In this document: positions 23,387 through 37,235 of the stretch, in pieces | Layout: each line of letters opens with the position of its first letter | Numbering within the stretch: the first letter of the stretch is position 1 | NCBI GenBank assembly: GCA_030390025.1 | Contig: JASTWF010000366.1 | Coordinates: forward strand, 62,001-126,000 | Direction: 5' to 3' | DNA length: 64,000 nt | Source of the DNA: Squalus acanthias | Taxonomy: Eukaryota | The notes under the pieces: generated by a model | The model's database searches: none | Told to the model about the DNA's origin: nothing | The model's input: only the letters and a program-made list of their open reading frames with translations | Translations under genes and position numbers: made by a program

Positions 23387-26300
23387 TTTTTAAAAATTCG
23401 ATCATGGGATGTGGGCGTCGCTGGCAAGGCCAGAACTTATTGCCCATCCCTACTTGCCCTTGAGAAGGTGGTGGGAGCCGCCTTCTTGAGCTGCTGTAGT
23501 CCGTGCGGTGAAGGTACTCCCACAGTACTGTTAGGTAGGGAGTTCCAGGATTTTGACCCAGCGACGATGAAGGAATGGTGATATACTTCTAAGTCAGGAT
23601 GGTGTGTGACTTGGAGGGGAACTTGGAGGTGATGGTGTTCCCATGCGCCTGCTGCCCTTGTCCTTCTAGGTGGAAGAGGTCGCGGGTTTGGGAGGTGCTG
23701 CCGAAGAAGCCTTGGCGAGTTGCTGCAGTGCATCTTGTAGATGGTACACACTGCAGCCACGGTACGCCGGTGGTGGAGGGTGTAAATGTTTAAGGTGGTG
23801 GATGGGGTGCCAATCAAGTGGGCTGCTTTGTCTTGGATGGTGTCGAGTTTCTTGAGTGTTGTTGGAGCTGCACTCATCCAAGCAAGTGGAAAGTATTCAA
23901 TCACAGTCCTGACTTGTGCCTTGTAGATGGTGGAAAGGCTTTGGGGAGTCAGAAGGTGAGACACTCGCCACAGAATACCCAGCCTCTGACCTGCTCTTGT
24001 TGCCACAGTATTTATGTGGCTAGTCCAGTTAAGTTGCTGGTCAATGGTGACCCCCCAGGATAATGATAGTGGAGGATTCGGCGATGGTAATGCCATTGAA
24101 TGTCGGAGGGGCGTTGGTTAGACGCTCGCTTGTTGTCTCGCACTTGTGTGGCGCGAATGTTAGCTGCCACTTATCAGCCCAAGCCTGAATGTCGTCCAGG
24201 TCTTGCTGCATGCGAGCATGGACTGCTTCATTATCTGAGGAGTTGCGAATGGCACCGAACACTGTGCAGTCATCAGCAAACATCCCCACTTCTGACCTTA
24301 TGATGGAGGGAAGGTCATTGATGAAGCAGCTGAAGATGGTTGGGCCTAGGACACTGCCCTGAGGAACTCCTGCAGCGATGTCCTGGGGCAGTGATGATTG
24401 ACCTCCAACCACCACAACCATCTTCCTTTGTGCTAGGTATGACTCCAGCCAGTGGAGAGATTTCCCCCCGATTCCCATTGACTTCAGTTTTACTAGGGTT
24501 CCTTGATGCCACGCTCAGTCAAATGCTACCTTGATGTCAAGGGCAGTCACTCTCACCTCACCTCTGGAATTCAACACTTTTGACCATGTTTGGACCAAGG
24601 CTGTAATGAGGTCTGGAGCCGAGTGGTCTTCGCGGAACCCAAACGGGGCATCAGTGAGCAGGTTATTGGTGAGTAAGTGCCGCTTGATAGCACTGTCGAC
24701 GACACCTTCCATCACTTTGCTGATGATTGAGAGTAGACTGATGGGGTGGTAATTGGCCGGATTGGATTTGTCCTGCTTTTTATGGACAGGACATACCTGG
24801 GCAGTTTTCCACATTATTGGATAGATGTCAGTGTTATAGCTGTACTGGAACAGCTTGGCTAGAGGCACGGCTAGTTCTGGAGCACAAGTCTTTAGCACGA
24901 CAGCCAGGATTTTGTCGGGGCCCATAGCCTTTGCTGTATCCAGTGCACTCAGCCATTTCTTGATATCACGTGGAGTGAATCGAATTGGTTGAAGACTGGC
25001 TTCTGTGGTGGTGGGGACCTCAGGAGGAGGCCGATATGGATCATCCACTCGGTACTTCTGGCTGAAGATGGTTGCAAATGCTTCAGCTTTGTCTTTTGCA
25101 CTCACGTGCTGGGCTCCACCATCAGTGAGGATGGGGATATTCATGGAGCCTCCTCCACCCGTCAGTTGTTTAATGGTCCACCACCATTCACGACTGGATG
25201 TGGCAGGACTGCAGAGCTTTGATCTGATCCATTTATTGTGGGATTGCTTAGCTCTGTCTATAGCATGCTGCTTCCGCTTTTTAGCATGCATGTAGTTCTG
25301 TGTTGCAGCTTCCCCAGGTGGGCACCGCATTTATAGGTACGCCTGGTGCTGCTCCTGGCATGCTCTTCTACACTCCTTATTGAACCAGGGTTGGTCCCCT
25401 GGCTTGATGGTAATGGTAGAGTGAGGGATATGCCGGGTCATGAAGTTACAGATTGTGGTGGAATACAATTCTGCTGCTGCTGATGGCCCACACCGCCTCA
25501 TGGATGCCCAGTTTTGAGCCACTAGATCTGTTCTGAATCTATCCCATTTAGCACGGTGGCAGTGCCACACAACATGATGGAGGGTGTCCTCAGTGTGAAG
25601 ACAGGACTTCGCCTCCACAAGGCCTGTGCGTTGGTCACTGCTACCAATGCTGTCATGGACAGATGCATCTGCGACAGGTAGATTGGTGAGGACAAGCTCA
25701 AGTAGGTTTTTCCCTCGTGTTGGCTCTCTCACCACCTGTTATAGGCCCAAACTCGCAGCTATGTCCTTCAGGACTCAGCCAGCTCGGTCAGTAGTGGTGC
25801 TACTGAGCCACTCTTGGTGATGGACATTGAAGTCCCCCACCCAGAGTACATTCTGTGCCCTTGCTACTCTCAGTGCTTCTTCCAAGTGGTGTTCTACATG
25901 GAGGAATACTGATTCATCAGCTGAGGGAGGGCGGTAGGTGATAATCAGCAGGAGGTTTCCTTGCCCATGCTTGACCTGAAGCCATGAGACTTCATGGGGT
26001 CCGGAGTCAATGTTGTGGGCTCCCATGGCCACTTCTTCCCGACTGTATACCACTGTGCCGCCACCCCTGGTGCGTCTGTCCTGCCGGTGGGACAGGACAT
26101 ACCCAGGGATGGTGATGGAGGAGTTTGGGACATTGGCTGAAAGGTCTGAATCTGTGAGTATGACTATGTCAGGCTGTTGCTTGACTAGTCTGTGGGACAG
26201 CTCTCCCAATTTGGCACAAGTCCCCAGATGTTGGTGAGGAGGACTTTGCAGGGTTGACTGGGCTGGGTGTGCCATTGCCATTTCTGTAGCCGGTGCCAAG

Positions 26301-26493
26301 GTCGATGCCGAGTGGTCCGTCCGGTTTCATTCTTATTATTTTGTTTCGTAGCGGTTTGTTACAACTGAGTGGTTTGCTAGGCCATTTCAGAGGGCAGTTA
26401 AGAGTCAACCACATTGCTGTGGGTCCGGAGTCACATATAGGCCAGACCAGGTAAGGACGGCAGATTTCCTTCCCTAAAGGACATCAGCGAACC
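23387..26493 (-). mobile_element. tRNA-headed-family LINE copy B (complete ORF region; 5' end truncated inside the SINE-like body)
   Basis: Consecutive ORF fragments 25775..26299 (APE: PDIVIL, GGG..VY, YRPP, GDFN), 25331..25735, 24515..25330, 24041..24478 ([15 protein letters not shown]) and 23437..24096. 26350-26493 matches 60188-60331. Confidence 0.95.
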
Positions 26494-27609
26494 CCATCCA
26501 TTTAATCACCTGCAGGAAGATTGTTCATACATATTCCTTGATCCTTAAAGGTAATCAAGGAAAACGCCAAAATATTCTTCCATCCTTACATTTCCAATAT
26601 TCATCTCTGGCCAGCTGTCCTCCAGAAAACAGTTCCTCCCCCTCCTGCTCCATTCCCTCCCATTCCTACTCCCTCCTCCCACTGAGTATCTGATTGACTC
26701 AGTCAATTCAGATCCCTATAATTACCAGGATGTATTTGTCTCGGCCTCATTTGTTTTTGCCCTGTGCTGCATACCCACTATTTTGTGCGGAAAATAGTTT
26801 ATTTTATTCTCCAGTTTTGCTTTAGTCTTATTAATTTTCAACCTTTATCTCCTAATTTTGTATAAATCAAACAACCTCTTTACAGCTACATCATCCACAC
26901 CTTTCAACATTTTAAAGCCCTGGATCATGTCTCCCTCAGTCTTACTTAGTCCCATGAAAACAAGACCCATTCTCACATTGCAAAATAAATTCCACCTTCA
27001 AAATGATCGAGAGAAAATCATCTGCATAAATAGAAAATGCTGACAATCAGCATCTGAAAAAGAAATAGCGATTAATGTTTTAGGTGTAAAACTTCTTCAG
27101 AACCCAATTTCATTTCCACTAAAAAGTCACTAGGCAGGAGTTAGCAAAATATCGTTACCTTTGTAATTAATTAAAAAAACTTATTTGATGCTAAATGTCT
27201 ACAAAACATCAAAATGCACACGCAGAACAAATCCAACGAGACTGTCCGTGACCATAATTTATTAAAATATATTTTAAAATTAAATTTAGTTCCATTTAAA
27301 AAGGTGCAAACTCTGTGAAATGCAGATGGTGTGAGACTACCTGCTGGAAGTGGTCTCATACTTCTTGCCTTTAGTGTGGTCCCCAGTCAGATTGCCAATC
27401 TGGCCCCTGAGTTACACTACAGATTTTACATGTCCAAACCCTTTTGCATCATTGCAAACACAATAGTATAACCGGCTCATTGCAGTTAGTATCTCCTTGG
27501 TGTTGACCCTGCTGTGTATCAATCCGAGTACGGAAAAGGGCATTTGCTGGATTGTGGATTTTGAAACTCATCTAAAATTGGTATATACACCACAGGAAGG
27601 ATAATCATA

Positions 27610-27953
27610 CAATCAAATGTTGCAGCACAGAAATAGGTAATTCAGCCTATCAGGTCTGCACTGGTGTTTTTCTCCACAGGAACCATCTACTCTAATCTCA
27701 TCTGCTCGATCCACATATCTTTTAATATTCCTCTTTTTCAAGCAATTATCTAATTCATGTTTAAAAGAATTTAAGGACTCTGCTTCAACAGAAGTTTGTG
27801 GCAAAACACCTTCTAATCACACTCTGTGTAAAAATCTCCTTTTTATTCTTTATGTGGTGATTTTAAATTTGTACCCTCTCGTTACCACCTTGCCAAACAG
27901 TGGAAAAAATGTGTCATTATTTACCTGATCATAATCCTTCATTATCTTGAAAA
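27610..27953 (-). mobile_element. Old CR1 3' fragment
   Basis: FKIMK....FP....TRGYKFK and SLNSFK.ELD remnants, plus the 3' UTR hairpin. Confidence 0.7.
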
Positions 27954-27954
27954 T

Positions 27955-28632
27955 AGTGCAGCAGGTGGTTAAGAAGGCAAATGTTATGTTGGCCTTCATA
28001 GCGAGAGGATTCGAGTACAGGAGCAAGGATGTCTTGCTACAGTTGTACAAGGCCTTGGCGAGACCACACCTTGAGTATTGTGTGCAGTTTTGGTCGCCTT
28101 ATCTGAGGAAGGATGTTCTTGCCATGGAGGGAGTGCAGCGAAGATTCACCAGACTGATACCTGGGATGGCAGGAATGACGTATGAGGAGAGATTGGGTCG
28201 ATTGGGCTTATATTCGCTGGAGTTTAGAAGAATGAGAGGGGATCTCATTGAAGCTTATAAAATTCTAACAGGATTAGACAGACTAGATGCAGGAAGGATG
28301 TTCCCGATGGCGGGGAGTCCAGAACCAGGGGTCACAGTCTAAAGATAAGGGGTAAGCCATTTAGGACAGAGATAAGGAGGAATTTCTTCACCCAGAGAGT
28401 GGTGAACCTGTGGAATTCTCTACCACAAAAGGCAGTTGAGGCCAATTCATTAAATATATTCAAGAAGGAGTTAGATATATTTCTTAAGGCTAAAGGTATC
28501 AAGGGATATGGGGAGAAGGCAGGTACAGGGTACTGAGTTTGGATGATCAGCCATGATCTCATCGAATGGCGGAGCAGGCTCGAGGGGCCGAATGGCCTAC
28601 TCCTGCTCCTATCTTCTATGTTTCTATGTTTC
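27955..28632 (+). mobile_element. CR1 LINE 3' fragment, young, with (TTCTATGT)n tail
   Basis: ORF 27947..28342 is homologous to the C-terminus of 5004..6317, with one frameshift near 28310 and a single 3' UTR. Confidence 0.95.
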
Positions 28633-28673
28633 AAAGCTAAGAATTCTGTTTGCCTACTTTTGGCCTTATGTCA

Positions 28674-29110
28674 GTGTCAGCTGTGGCTCAGTTGGTAGCA
28701 CACTCGCCTCTGAGTCAGAAGGTTGTGGGTTCATAGTCCCACTCCAGGGATTTGAGCACATAAAGCTAGGCTGACACTGCAGTGCAGTGCTGAGGGAGTG
28801 CTGCACTGTCAAAGGTGCCGTTTTTCAGATGAGACATTAAACCTGCTCTCTCAGGTGGACGTAAAAGATCCTCATGGCACTATTTCGAAGAAGTACAGGG
28901 GAGTTATCCCGGTGTCCTGGCCAACCAACATAACAAAAACAGATTATCTAGTCATTATCACATTGCTGTTTGTGGGAGCTTGCTGTGTGCAAATTGGCTG
29001 CTGCATTTCCTACATTACTACACTCCAAAAGTACTTCATTGGTTGTAAAGCGCTTTGAGATGTCCGGTGGTCGTGAAAGGCACTATATAAATGCAAGTCT
29101 TTCTTTCTTT
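28674..29110 (+). mobile_element. Full-length Deu-domain tRNA SINE (SacSINE1/AmnSINE1-like)
   Basis: A box TGGCTCAGTTGG, B-box-like GGTTCATAGTCC, Deu core (gcactgtc..aggtgccgt..ttcagatgagac, ggacgtaaaagatcc.catggcactatttcgaagaag), and an L2-like tail ending ataaatgcaagtctttc(tttc)n. Confidence 0.9.
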
Positions 29111-29774
29111 CTTATCTATTTGCACTGCCACCTGGACCTATTATCTGCACACCAAGGTTCCTCTGCTCCTCTAAATCTTAAATTCACACTGCAGCTAATT
29201 TTCAAATAATTTGGAAAAACAAAGAAACTCTGAAATCCTTTCACAGCTTGTGGAAAGGCGCACTTGAACTGAGACGATTATACTACTGCATCTTGGGAAA
29301 TTCTCCATCATGTATACGCTCATACTATAGCATCCTGTGAATTTCAGGCATAATATAGAAGAGTTAAAACAGAAAATGTTGCTGAAAATATGACACTTGA
29401 ACTGAAAATACTGCAAACATTGTTACTTAAGTTTAATACGTGTCGTATGAAGCGAATATTTTGTATCTTTAAATTAATCGCATTCTAAACTACTACTTTC
29501 GGAACAAGTACTTATTCTCGCAGGTGAATTTCAGCCAACATGTTCATTTCCAATACATAAATTATATTTTATAATATTACCTGTACTAGGAAGAATTAAA
29601 AAATACTGGGCCAGCAATTAGTCCTATAGCTCATTTCTATCCCTACATCTCAGCCTTATAATATTTATTGAATTCTAAGTTAATTCTAGTTACATGGTTG
29701 ATAGTATTGCCGTAGAAATAAGTTGTATGGAAAAGAAACTAGTTAGAAAGTTACAAAACAATTTGTTAAAGCTA

Positions 29775-29915
29775 AAATTTTACTCTGCATCTAACTCCTT
29801 GCTGTACTTGACCTGAGAGTGCTTGATACTGACACTGGTGATCCAAAATAGAAAGTGTTCCATTCTTCAAGGCTAACATTTCTCACCTTGATTAACACAA
29901 AATTCACTTTTTTAA
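29775..29915 (+). mobile_element. LF-SINE-like 3' part
   Basis: tactctgcatctaac...gctgtacttgacctg...tcaccttgattaacacaaaattcac; reverse complement of 6865-7005. Confidence 0.6.
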
Positions 29916-31856
29916 AAAAAGCCTTTTTAAATAAAATATTAACTGACATTTTTTAGCACACTTTCCCTTACAACAACGATTTCAACTACAAAAGACGCTC
30001 ATTTTGATTTCAGTGCTAACTGTGTATTTAATGAACGTAATTGTCCTGTAATGCTAATTTCACAAAGCAATCAACGCTAAGTAATAGCCCAGTCTTGTTG
30101 TGTGCCTCATCAGGACAGAAACCATAACTGAGTCTAACACAGAGAATCGGTGTCTTTAATAATTGGAGATTCGCTGGAACTACATTCGGACTGTCAAAGG
30201 ACCTGTCAAACCGCAGATGAGATTAAATGTCTGACCTCCTCATCCCTAACATTGCCTCACAAGAGACAGTTCTGTCACAAGCTCTGCCATTTTGCTTTCC
30301 AAGGTGCTGTAAAGGGCGACCTCTGATACATTTCAGTGTTGTTTATTGATTTCTGACCCGATGGTTAATAGTTTTCCCAGTCCCTCTGAATGGCTTTTGT
30401 AAGCAATAGGGTTTGTACATCTCTCGAATCAATACCTTTTATATTTACAATAAAATTGAAACTGCCTCTTCTGGGGGCGCAGCATCTTATTTGTCATCCT
30501 TCTGCAAGCGAAAACTATGTCATTATCTGAATTAAAACATTTATTTCTGATTAAGAGAATGTCCTATCTCATTAATTTCTCCCTTTCCAATATAAGGAGA
30601 ATAGAATCCTATTGATTTCTGCAGTTTTACACATCTCCAGCGCTGAGAAGATAATTGAGAAGTTACCCAGAGTAAATGAAGTTTCAAGGCTCTCTGCTTG
30701 GCTGATAAGTTCTAAATTTGAAGTGTTTTTATGAAGCAAAGGTTTTAATTTTGTGACAGGCTGCAGCAGTGATACTGATACAGTTGAGTAAATTGGATTA
30801 AGACTGGAATCTCCTGAGCAAAGCCCTGGCAAAGGCAGAGGAGCCTGATCCCTGCAGACGGCCTCCTGCAGATTAACACTCAGACAGCTCCCAAATTACC
30901 CGTCCTTAGAACTCAAAGTAACTTCAGGAAGTTTAGATTAGTGAAGCCATGGACAGCAAAAGAGGCTATCGACTTAAGATGCTATTTTTTTTCTCGTCTT
31001 TTTTTCTCCGTCTAATACAGAGATCCTAATCATTACGATGAACTAGACCTTCAAATCCACTCCAACAATTGACTACACTTTATTAGAATAATTGGATTAA
31101 ATCAAAACTGCATTTAAAGACTCTTGGCTGAAAGTTCTCCGTAGAGGAGCCGAGGATTTATTAATTTACAGCTGCACTTGTATGGAGGTATTGGCTTTCA
31201 GAAAAATGCAAAGATTGAATGAATTTACTGGAAAAGAGAAACTTTGCGTTTAGGATGATCTTCCAACAAATAAGGCATCATTAACAGAGAGACTGATTAA
31301 ACAATTGCAGATGGACAGCGTGAGCAGATCAAAGAACATAAGAATATTTAGAAATAGGAAAAGGCTATTACATTCAACAAGCCCAACACTTCTTGATAGA
31401 TCTGACCCCTACCATACCCATTTTCTGGGTTCTCATTATTTCCCTCATTCCCTTCTCTCGCTAAGAAGGCTTCTAGATAATTTGCTAAAATCAAGATGCA
31501 TTGTAACATCATCTATATTAAATTACCATTTGTTAGGACTTCAAAACTGTGAAAGTCCTCACCTCCCTCAGACTTCACTTCCTCCTACAATCTGCAGGCT
31601 TTTAAAACTCAAACTTGGTGACACTGAACTAATAATTGTTGATTTACTTTGTCTTCCCTGTTACTTTTTCCAGTCTTACACTATGGGCTTTGGCCATTCA
31701 CTTAGGTTCCTCGTGTCACTTTGCTGATAATCGCTCGTGTAGTTACAATATTTGGAATAACAACATAAAATATTGTAGATACGGGACGAAGCTATTCAGC
31801 TAAACAAGACAATCCCTGTTGATAGATCTCAACCCACCTACCCGCCTGCACACCAT

Positions 31857-31955
31857 GGGGGTAACGATGACTTTGGGCGGTAGTGTAAAACAGGCAATAT
31901 CAGATCAGCCGTCCGTTGTACATCTCTCCCAATTTTCATTTCCATTGACTTCACC
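31857..31955. mobile_element. Half copy of the palindromic MITE family (cf. 22849-23035, 48048-48161)
   Basis: gtgtaaaac.ggca...gatc.gccgtccgt...tttccattgacttca. Confidence 0.6.
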
Positions 31956-32609
31956 AAGTTCTTCTCTTGCTCTTCAACAGTAACTGATTCATGCACCTTG
32001 CTGAAGTGGCAATTCTTCATGTATGACAATGATGGTCGGTAGGCTATATGATGGTATGAGCATAAGGTCCTCATTCCATAATTAGGACACGAATTTCAGC
32101 CAGGGCTCCAGCTTCTAATCATCATCAAGTGACCCCCGTTGGAAAATTTGTGTTTCCAGAGGTTGGGTCAGTAGAGGATGGGATTCTCCTATAATTCCCC
32201 CCGGCCCACGGTCAAATAGTGCACCAACGCTCACTATCCAGGTTCGCACACAAGAATGGCCATTGGACAAGTTATCGAGGATAGTCAGCATCCATGGAGT
32301 CATATCCCAGCAACAGTGAATGTCTGAGAGAGGGAATTAAAAACGGTTACTAAAGCAGTTTAATATTATATCATGATCAATGAAAAAAATAGTTTGTAAT
32401 TAGAAATTAGATTGCAAATTGCTTTTCATAAAGTTATAAATTCATATTCTGAGCTATTTTGAGGAGGGGAGTGGCATGAATTGGAAATCATATTAAAACA
32501 ATGTTAATCTGACGGAAAATCAGTGACTATCAACAAGGAGGCATAATATATTTTTAATGTCATATAAAAAAGATTGTTAATTACAAATCAATTATTGAAC
32601 AGAGACAAA

Positions 32610-32697
32610 GGGGTAGAAATTCATCTTGGAGGGTGGTGCAAAATAGTTGATGTGATAACATCCGTTCGCACGACCGCCCCAGACGAATTTCTACCCC
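32610..32697. mobile_element. 88-bp Harbinger-type MITE
   Basis: 17-bp TIR GGGGTAGAAATTCATCT / AGACGAATTTCTACCCC (1 mismatch), with AAA on both sides as a 3-bp TSD. Confidence 0.82.
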
Positions 32698-32926
32698 AAA
32701 ATGTCTAAAGTCTTGTACTTAGAAGATTTAAGCTTAGAAATTGGTTTGCACAGAATGGGTAGGCCTGAGGCACACACACTATTAGGCCTTGGGCCTCATT
32801 TACATGAGGCCAACGAGCTGCAGATGCATGCTGGGCATCCTCAAGCAAAGAGGGTTTCAATTTTGGGCCACTGCGTTACTGGCAGCAGCTCTCAGGTAGG
32901 TCCTGGAAGAGGGCGGGAAGCAATTG

Positions 32927-33967
32927 GGAAAATGGTTGTGGTTGTTGCAGGCCAATCATCACAGCCCCAGGACATCGCTGCAGGAGTTCCTCAGGGCAGT
33001 GAGGACCAACCATCTTCAGCTTCTTCATCAAAGACCTTCCCTCCATCATAAGGTCAGACGTGGGGACGTTCGCTGATGACTGCACAGTGTTTAGTGCCAT
33101 TCGCAACTCCTCAGATAATGAAGCAGTCCATGCTCACATGCAACAAGACCTGGACGACATTCAGGCTTGGGCTGATAAGTGGCAAAAAACATTCGCGCCA
33201 CACAAATGCCAGGCAATGACTATCTCCAACAAGTGAGAATCTAACCACCGCCCCTTGACAGTCAACAGCATTACCATTGTTGAATCCCCCACCATCAATA
33301 TCCTGGGGGGGTCACCATTGACCAGAAACTCAACTGGACCAGCCACATAAATACTGTGGCTACAAGAGCAGGTCAGAGGCCGGGTATTCTGTGGCGAGTG
33401 TCTCACCTCCTGACTCCCCAAAGCCTTTCCACCATCGACAAGGCACAGGTCAGGAGTGCGATGGAATACTCTCCACTTGACTGGATGAGTGCAGCTCCAA
33501 CAAAACTCAAGAAGCTCGACACCATCCAGGACAAAGCAGCCCGCTTGATTGGCACCCCGTCCACCACCTTAAACATTCACTCCCTACACCCCTAGCGTAC
33601 CGTGGCTGCAGTGTGTACCATCTACAAGATGCACTGCAGCGAGTCGCCAAGGCTTCTTCGACAACACCTCCCAAACCCACAACCTCTTCCACCTAGGGCA
33701 GCAAGTGCATGGGAACACCATCACCTCCAAGTTCCCCTTCAAGTCACACGTCATTCTGACTTGGAAATATATCGCCGTTCCTTCATCGTCACTTGGTCAA
33801 AATCTTGGAACTCCCTCTTTAACAACACTATGGGAGTACCTTCACCACAGGGCCTGCAGCAGTTCAAGAAGGCGGCTCACCACCACCTTCTCAAGGGCAA
33901 TTAGGGATGGGCAATAAATGCTGGCCTTGCCAATGGCGGCCACATTGAAGGAACGAATATAAGAAAA
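32927..33967 (+). mobile_element. tRNA-headed-family LINE copy C, 5'-truncated, nested upstream of the Myb gene
   Basis: MVVVV.GQSS, GVPQGS, FADD (ttcgctgatgac), ...FKKAAHHHLLKGN*, then the tail hairpin and A tail. Confidence 0.93.
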
Positions 33968-34023
33968 GGGGAGTTGCAGTTTGACGAGACTAGGAGGCAG
34001 TTTCAATTGGGAAACATTCAGCA

Positions 34024-35940
34024 ATGGCACAACAGGCCAGAGAGAGGGTTCCAAGGTTCTCAGACACAGCACTGGTGGCCTTAGTACAGGAGGTGAAGAG
34101 GAGGACAGAAGTCCTGTTTCCACAGGGGGCCAGGAGGCCCTGCAGACAGACTCTGCAAAGGCAGTGGGATCAGATAGCCATGGAGGTCAATGCCAACAGT
34201 ATTGCACCGAGGACCTGGATGCGATGCTGGAAGAAGTTCAATGACCTCACACGAGTGGTCAAGGTCATGAATTCATCTTCAAATGCTATATCCCACAAAC
34301 TGCACCACTAGCCTCACGCACTGCTCAATTCACCACACCCCCCTTTACTCACCTACCAACAATCTCTATCAATCACGACTCATACCTGATATTCATATGC
34401 TCCATCTCACCCTCACACACTTACCACTGCTGCAAGCCTCACACCCCCATCCCACAGCTTGCACACACTGCCAGCTATTCAACCATGACAGCCATGTCAG
34501 CCAAACACATTGAACCACACTCACTGACATACTTCCCTCTCTCTTGCAGGACAAGGTGGCACATAACTGTATGCAGCGGCAGCTAATTGGAGGGGGACAG
34601 GCGTGCCTCCATATCCTGACCTCACTGGAGGAGACGGTGCTCAGCATAATTGGAGTGCCTATGACTGAGGCCATGGCCAGCGACAGCGCTGAAACCATTG
34701 AAGATGACGGTATGCTCATACCTAATCCTCCTTCTCACATCCCACTTCCCCCTCATCTCACAGTCTCTTCTGACTTAAAGCTGCAGATGGTGTAAGCATG
34801 CCCCTCTTGCTTTTCCCACCCCCTCCTCTCACCACAACCCTACCCTTGTGCCTTTCTCATTTCAGAGACCCAAGAAATACAACCTGGCCAGGCAGTGGTG
34901 GAAGTGGATGAGGAGAGTGATGATGAAGAAACACTGTCACTCGATCTGACACTCACAGCCACCAGCTCAGATACTGCACTGCGCGGACTTTAGAGGGTAG
35001 CTTAGAGGCAGGATCTGCACGTGGTGAGTCACCGGGCATGAGTGGGCTGCAGCCAGGACAGGGGGAAAGGGTAACACAGGTGCCAGCTCCCCGGAGGGTG
35101 AGGTCGCACATGAGTTCTGCTGCACAGGACTCAGATGAGGACTTCGATGGGGCGGCCTACAGAACAAAACTGATGGGTATGCACAACAAAATTCTGGGTG
35201 CAATGGCAGGCCTGCGAGAAAGCCTGAATGCAATATCAAGGAGCATGGAGGAGTCCAGCTCCAACCTTGCATGGGACTTTGCACAGAGCTTGGAGACCAT
35301 CCTTTCCAACGTGGAAGAGGTGCGCAGATCCATGAGTGCACTTCTGGACCCAACCATGATGCAGCGTCTGATGTCCAATGTCTCAGCTTCTATTGCAGCA
35401 CAAGTAGAAGCCACCCAACGTCTGAGTGCTGGAATGGAAGCTCAGACTGGTCATGCAAGCTCAGCTTGTTACCACGCAAGCACAGACTGCTGCCACCATG
35501 GCTGCGGTTAGCAGTGTTGAAAGGGGCTTGCAGGGTATCACAGTAGTCCAACAATGTGTCCTCCAGCAGATTACTAGGATTGCTGAGGCGCCGCCCTGGG
35601 GAGTGGCAGTGGCTCTGTTGAGGATGAACCTGCTGTCCTCTCTCAGGATGACAGCATTTGTCCTCCCACCACTGCCACTCCGCCAGTGCCCTTGCTGTTG
35701 CCTGTCAGCCAGCCAGCCCAGACTGCTGCCGCCCATGCTGAGGTCAGTCTGAAGCCGGGCCTACTAGGCCTAGAGCTGCTCAAGGTCATCCTCCAAGGCC
35801 ATCTGCAGTCTCCCCCAATGATAGTCAGCAACCTTCCACCAGCCATGGTGCAGCCATTGGGGTGGCACTGCGTAGGAGCACTAGGACAGGCAAAGGCACA
35901 TGGAAGACAGGCAGTAAGGGAATGCACAAGGATGATTAGT
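34024..35940 (+). pseudogene. Harbinger Myb/SANT-like DNA-binding protein, 3 exons (34024-34263, 34550-34709, 34866-~35940)
   Basis: Exon 1 has the trihelix signature (PRFSD..L..LV.EV..R..VLF, W..IA..VN, R...C.KKFNDL). GT-AG introns keep the frame (K|DKVAHN..GGG; ..EDD E|TQE). Exon 3 carries frameshifts. Confidence 0.85.
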
Positions 35941-36104
35941 TGACTTATGAATGAAATATTGTAATGGTTTGATTCATAAAATTGGTTTGGAATGTTTGTT
36001 TTGTGGTGGTTTTTATTGTAGCATTGTGGCCAAGAGGATGCTGTGAAGGTCAGTAACAGATGGAGGTTAGGTGTGGGACTATTGGTGAATGGGGAATTGG
36101 AGTT

Positions 36105-36229
36105 GCGTTCTCTGGTTCTGCAGTCGGATGAGTTGATCATGGACAGCTCGGGCAGAAAGCGGCTGTTTTGGTTGCCTCTTCCCTTCCTCCTCCTCTTCTG
36201 CTTCCTCCTCCTTGTCTTCCGCTTCCTTC

Positions 36230-36261
<32 letters not shown>

Positions 36262-37235
36262 TTCCTCTTCCTTAGCTGGTCACTGTATGCCTGGTGGCAA
36301 GCTCTGTGCCCTCATGATGGCGAATACTGCAGGGCTCCTCCAGAGTGGTCCAGGCAGCAGAAGCATTGTTTAAGGACGCCAATGGTCTGCTCAATCAGAT
36401 TACGTGTGGCAACGTGGCTTTCATTGTGTGCATGCTGCCTACATGTACGTGGGTTGCACGGTGGAGTCATGAGCCAGGTGACCAGCGAATAGCCCTTGTC
36501 GCCCAGTAGCCACCCTCTGGTTTGTTGTGGTGGCTCAAATGCTGATGGTGCAGCGGACTGTCACAGAATGAAGGTGTCATGACTACTTCCAGGATACTGA
36601 GCATTGACCTGCATGGTTCACTGAGTATGGGTCACACACCAGCTGGACATTGTGGTACATCTCCGAATTGAGATGCGGCACCTGCAAAGCGACGTGTGTG
36701 CAGTCAATGGCACACCGCACCATGGGGAAGCCTGCTATCCTGGCAAAGCCGCGTGCTTGCTCCACCTGCTTCTCTCTGGCAAGAGAGAATGAAATGTATT
36801 CAGTTCTCTTTGCATACAGAGCCTCACTCACCTCCCTTATACAGGAGTGGACGGCAAACTGGGAGATGTTACAGATGTCGCCTGCTCCAGCCTGGAAGGA
36901 GCCCGACGCGAAGAAGTTCAAGGCCACGGTCACCTTTACAGCCACTGGCAGTGCCATTCTCGCCCTGGACTGTGGCTGCAGGTATTCCTGCAGCAGGTGG
37001 CAGATTTAAGTGGGCACCTCCTTAGTAAAATGGAGACGTCGCATGCACTGTTCGTCGCTGAAGTTAAGGTAGGAGAATTGCTCCCTGAAGACCCTGGGTG
37101 GAAATGGCCTCCTGTTGAGAGCCGTTCTCCCCCTCCGCCTCCTGCTGCTTCTAGCAGCTTGTCCTGCTCTATGTCGCCTCTGCTCATTCTCCCTGTCATG
37201 CTGCAGGCCAAGAGGGATGAAAATACTGCACCCAT
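36105..37235 (-). pseudogene. HARBI1-like Harbinger DDE transposase, disrupted
   Basis: ALPVAVKVTVALNFFASGSFQ, GFPMV..AIDCTH, NVQLVCD, YPGSSHD, WLLGDKGY, NESH..TRN.IEQTIG.LK. It has stops, frameshifts and a deletion of the NRKG motif. Confidence 0.92.
36181..36272. repeat. (CTC/CTT)n triplet tract encoding the acidic C-terminal tail of the transposase
   Basis: GAG/GAA repeats on the minus strand within the transposase 3' end. Confidence 0.85.

Noticed and set aside
17485..26493. Segmental duplication explaining copies A and B
   Set aside because: The flanks are unrelated and the indels are copy-specific, so they are independent insertions.
27610..28632. Twin-priming 5' inversion of a single CR1
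   Set aside because: The minus-strand part is much more decayed, overlaps the same ORF2 region and has its own 3' end, so these are two separate insertions.
36043..36492. Membrane protein with a poly-Leu/Phe helix (149-aa ORF)
   Set aside because: Antisense reading of the (GAG/GAA)n acidic tail of the transposase.
36105..37235. Domesticated host HARBI1 gene
   Set aside because: It has stops, frameshifts and a motif deletion, and is paired with a Myb gene and a TIR, so it is a transposon copy.
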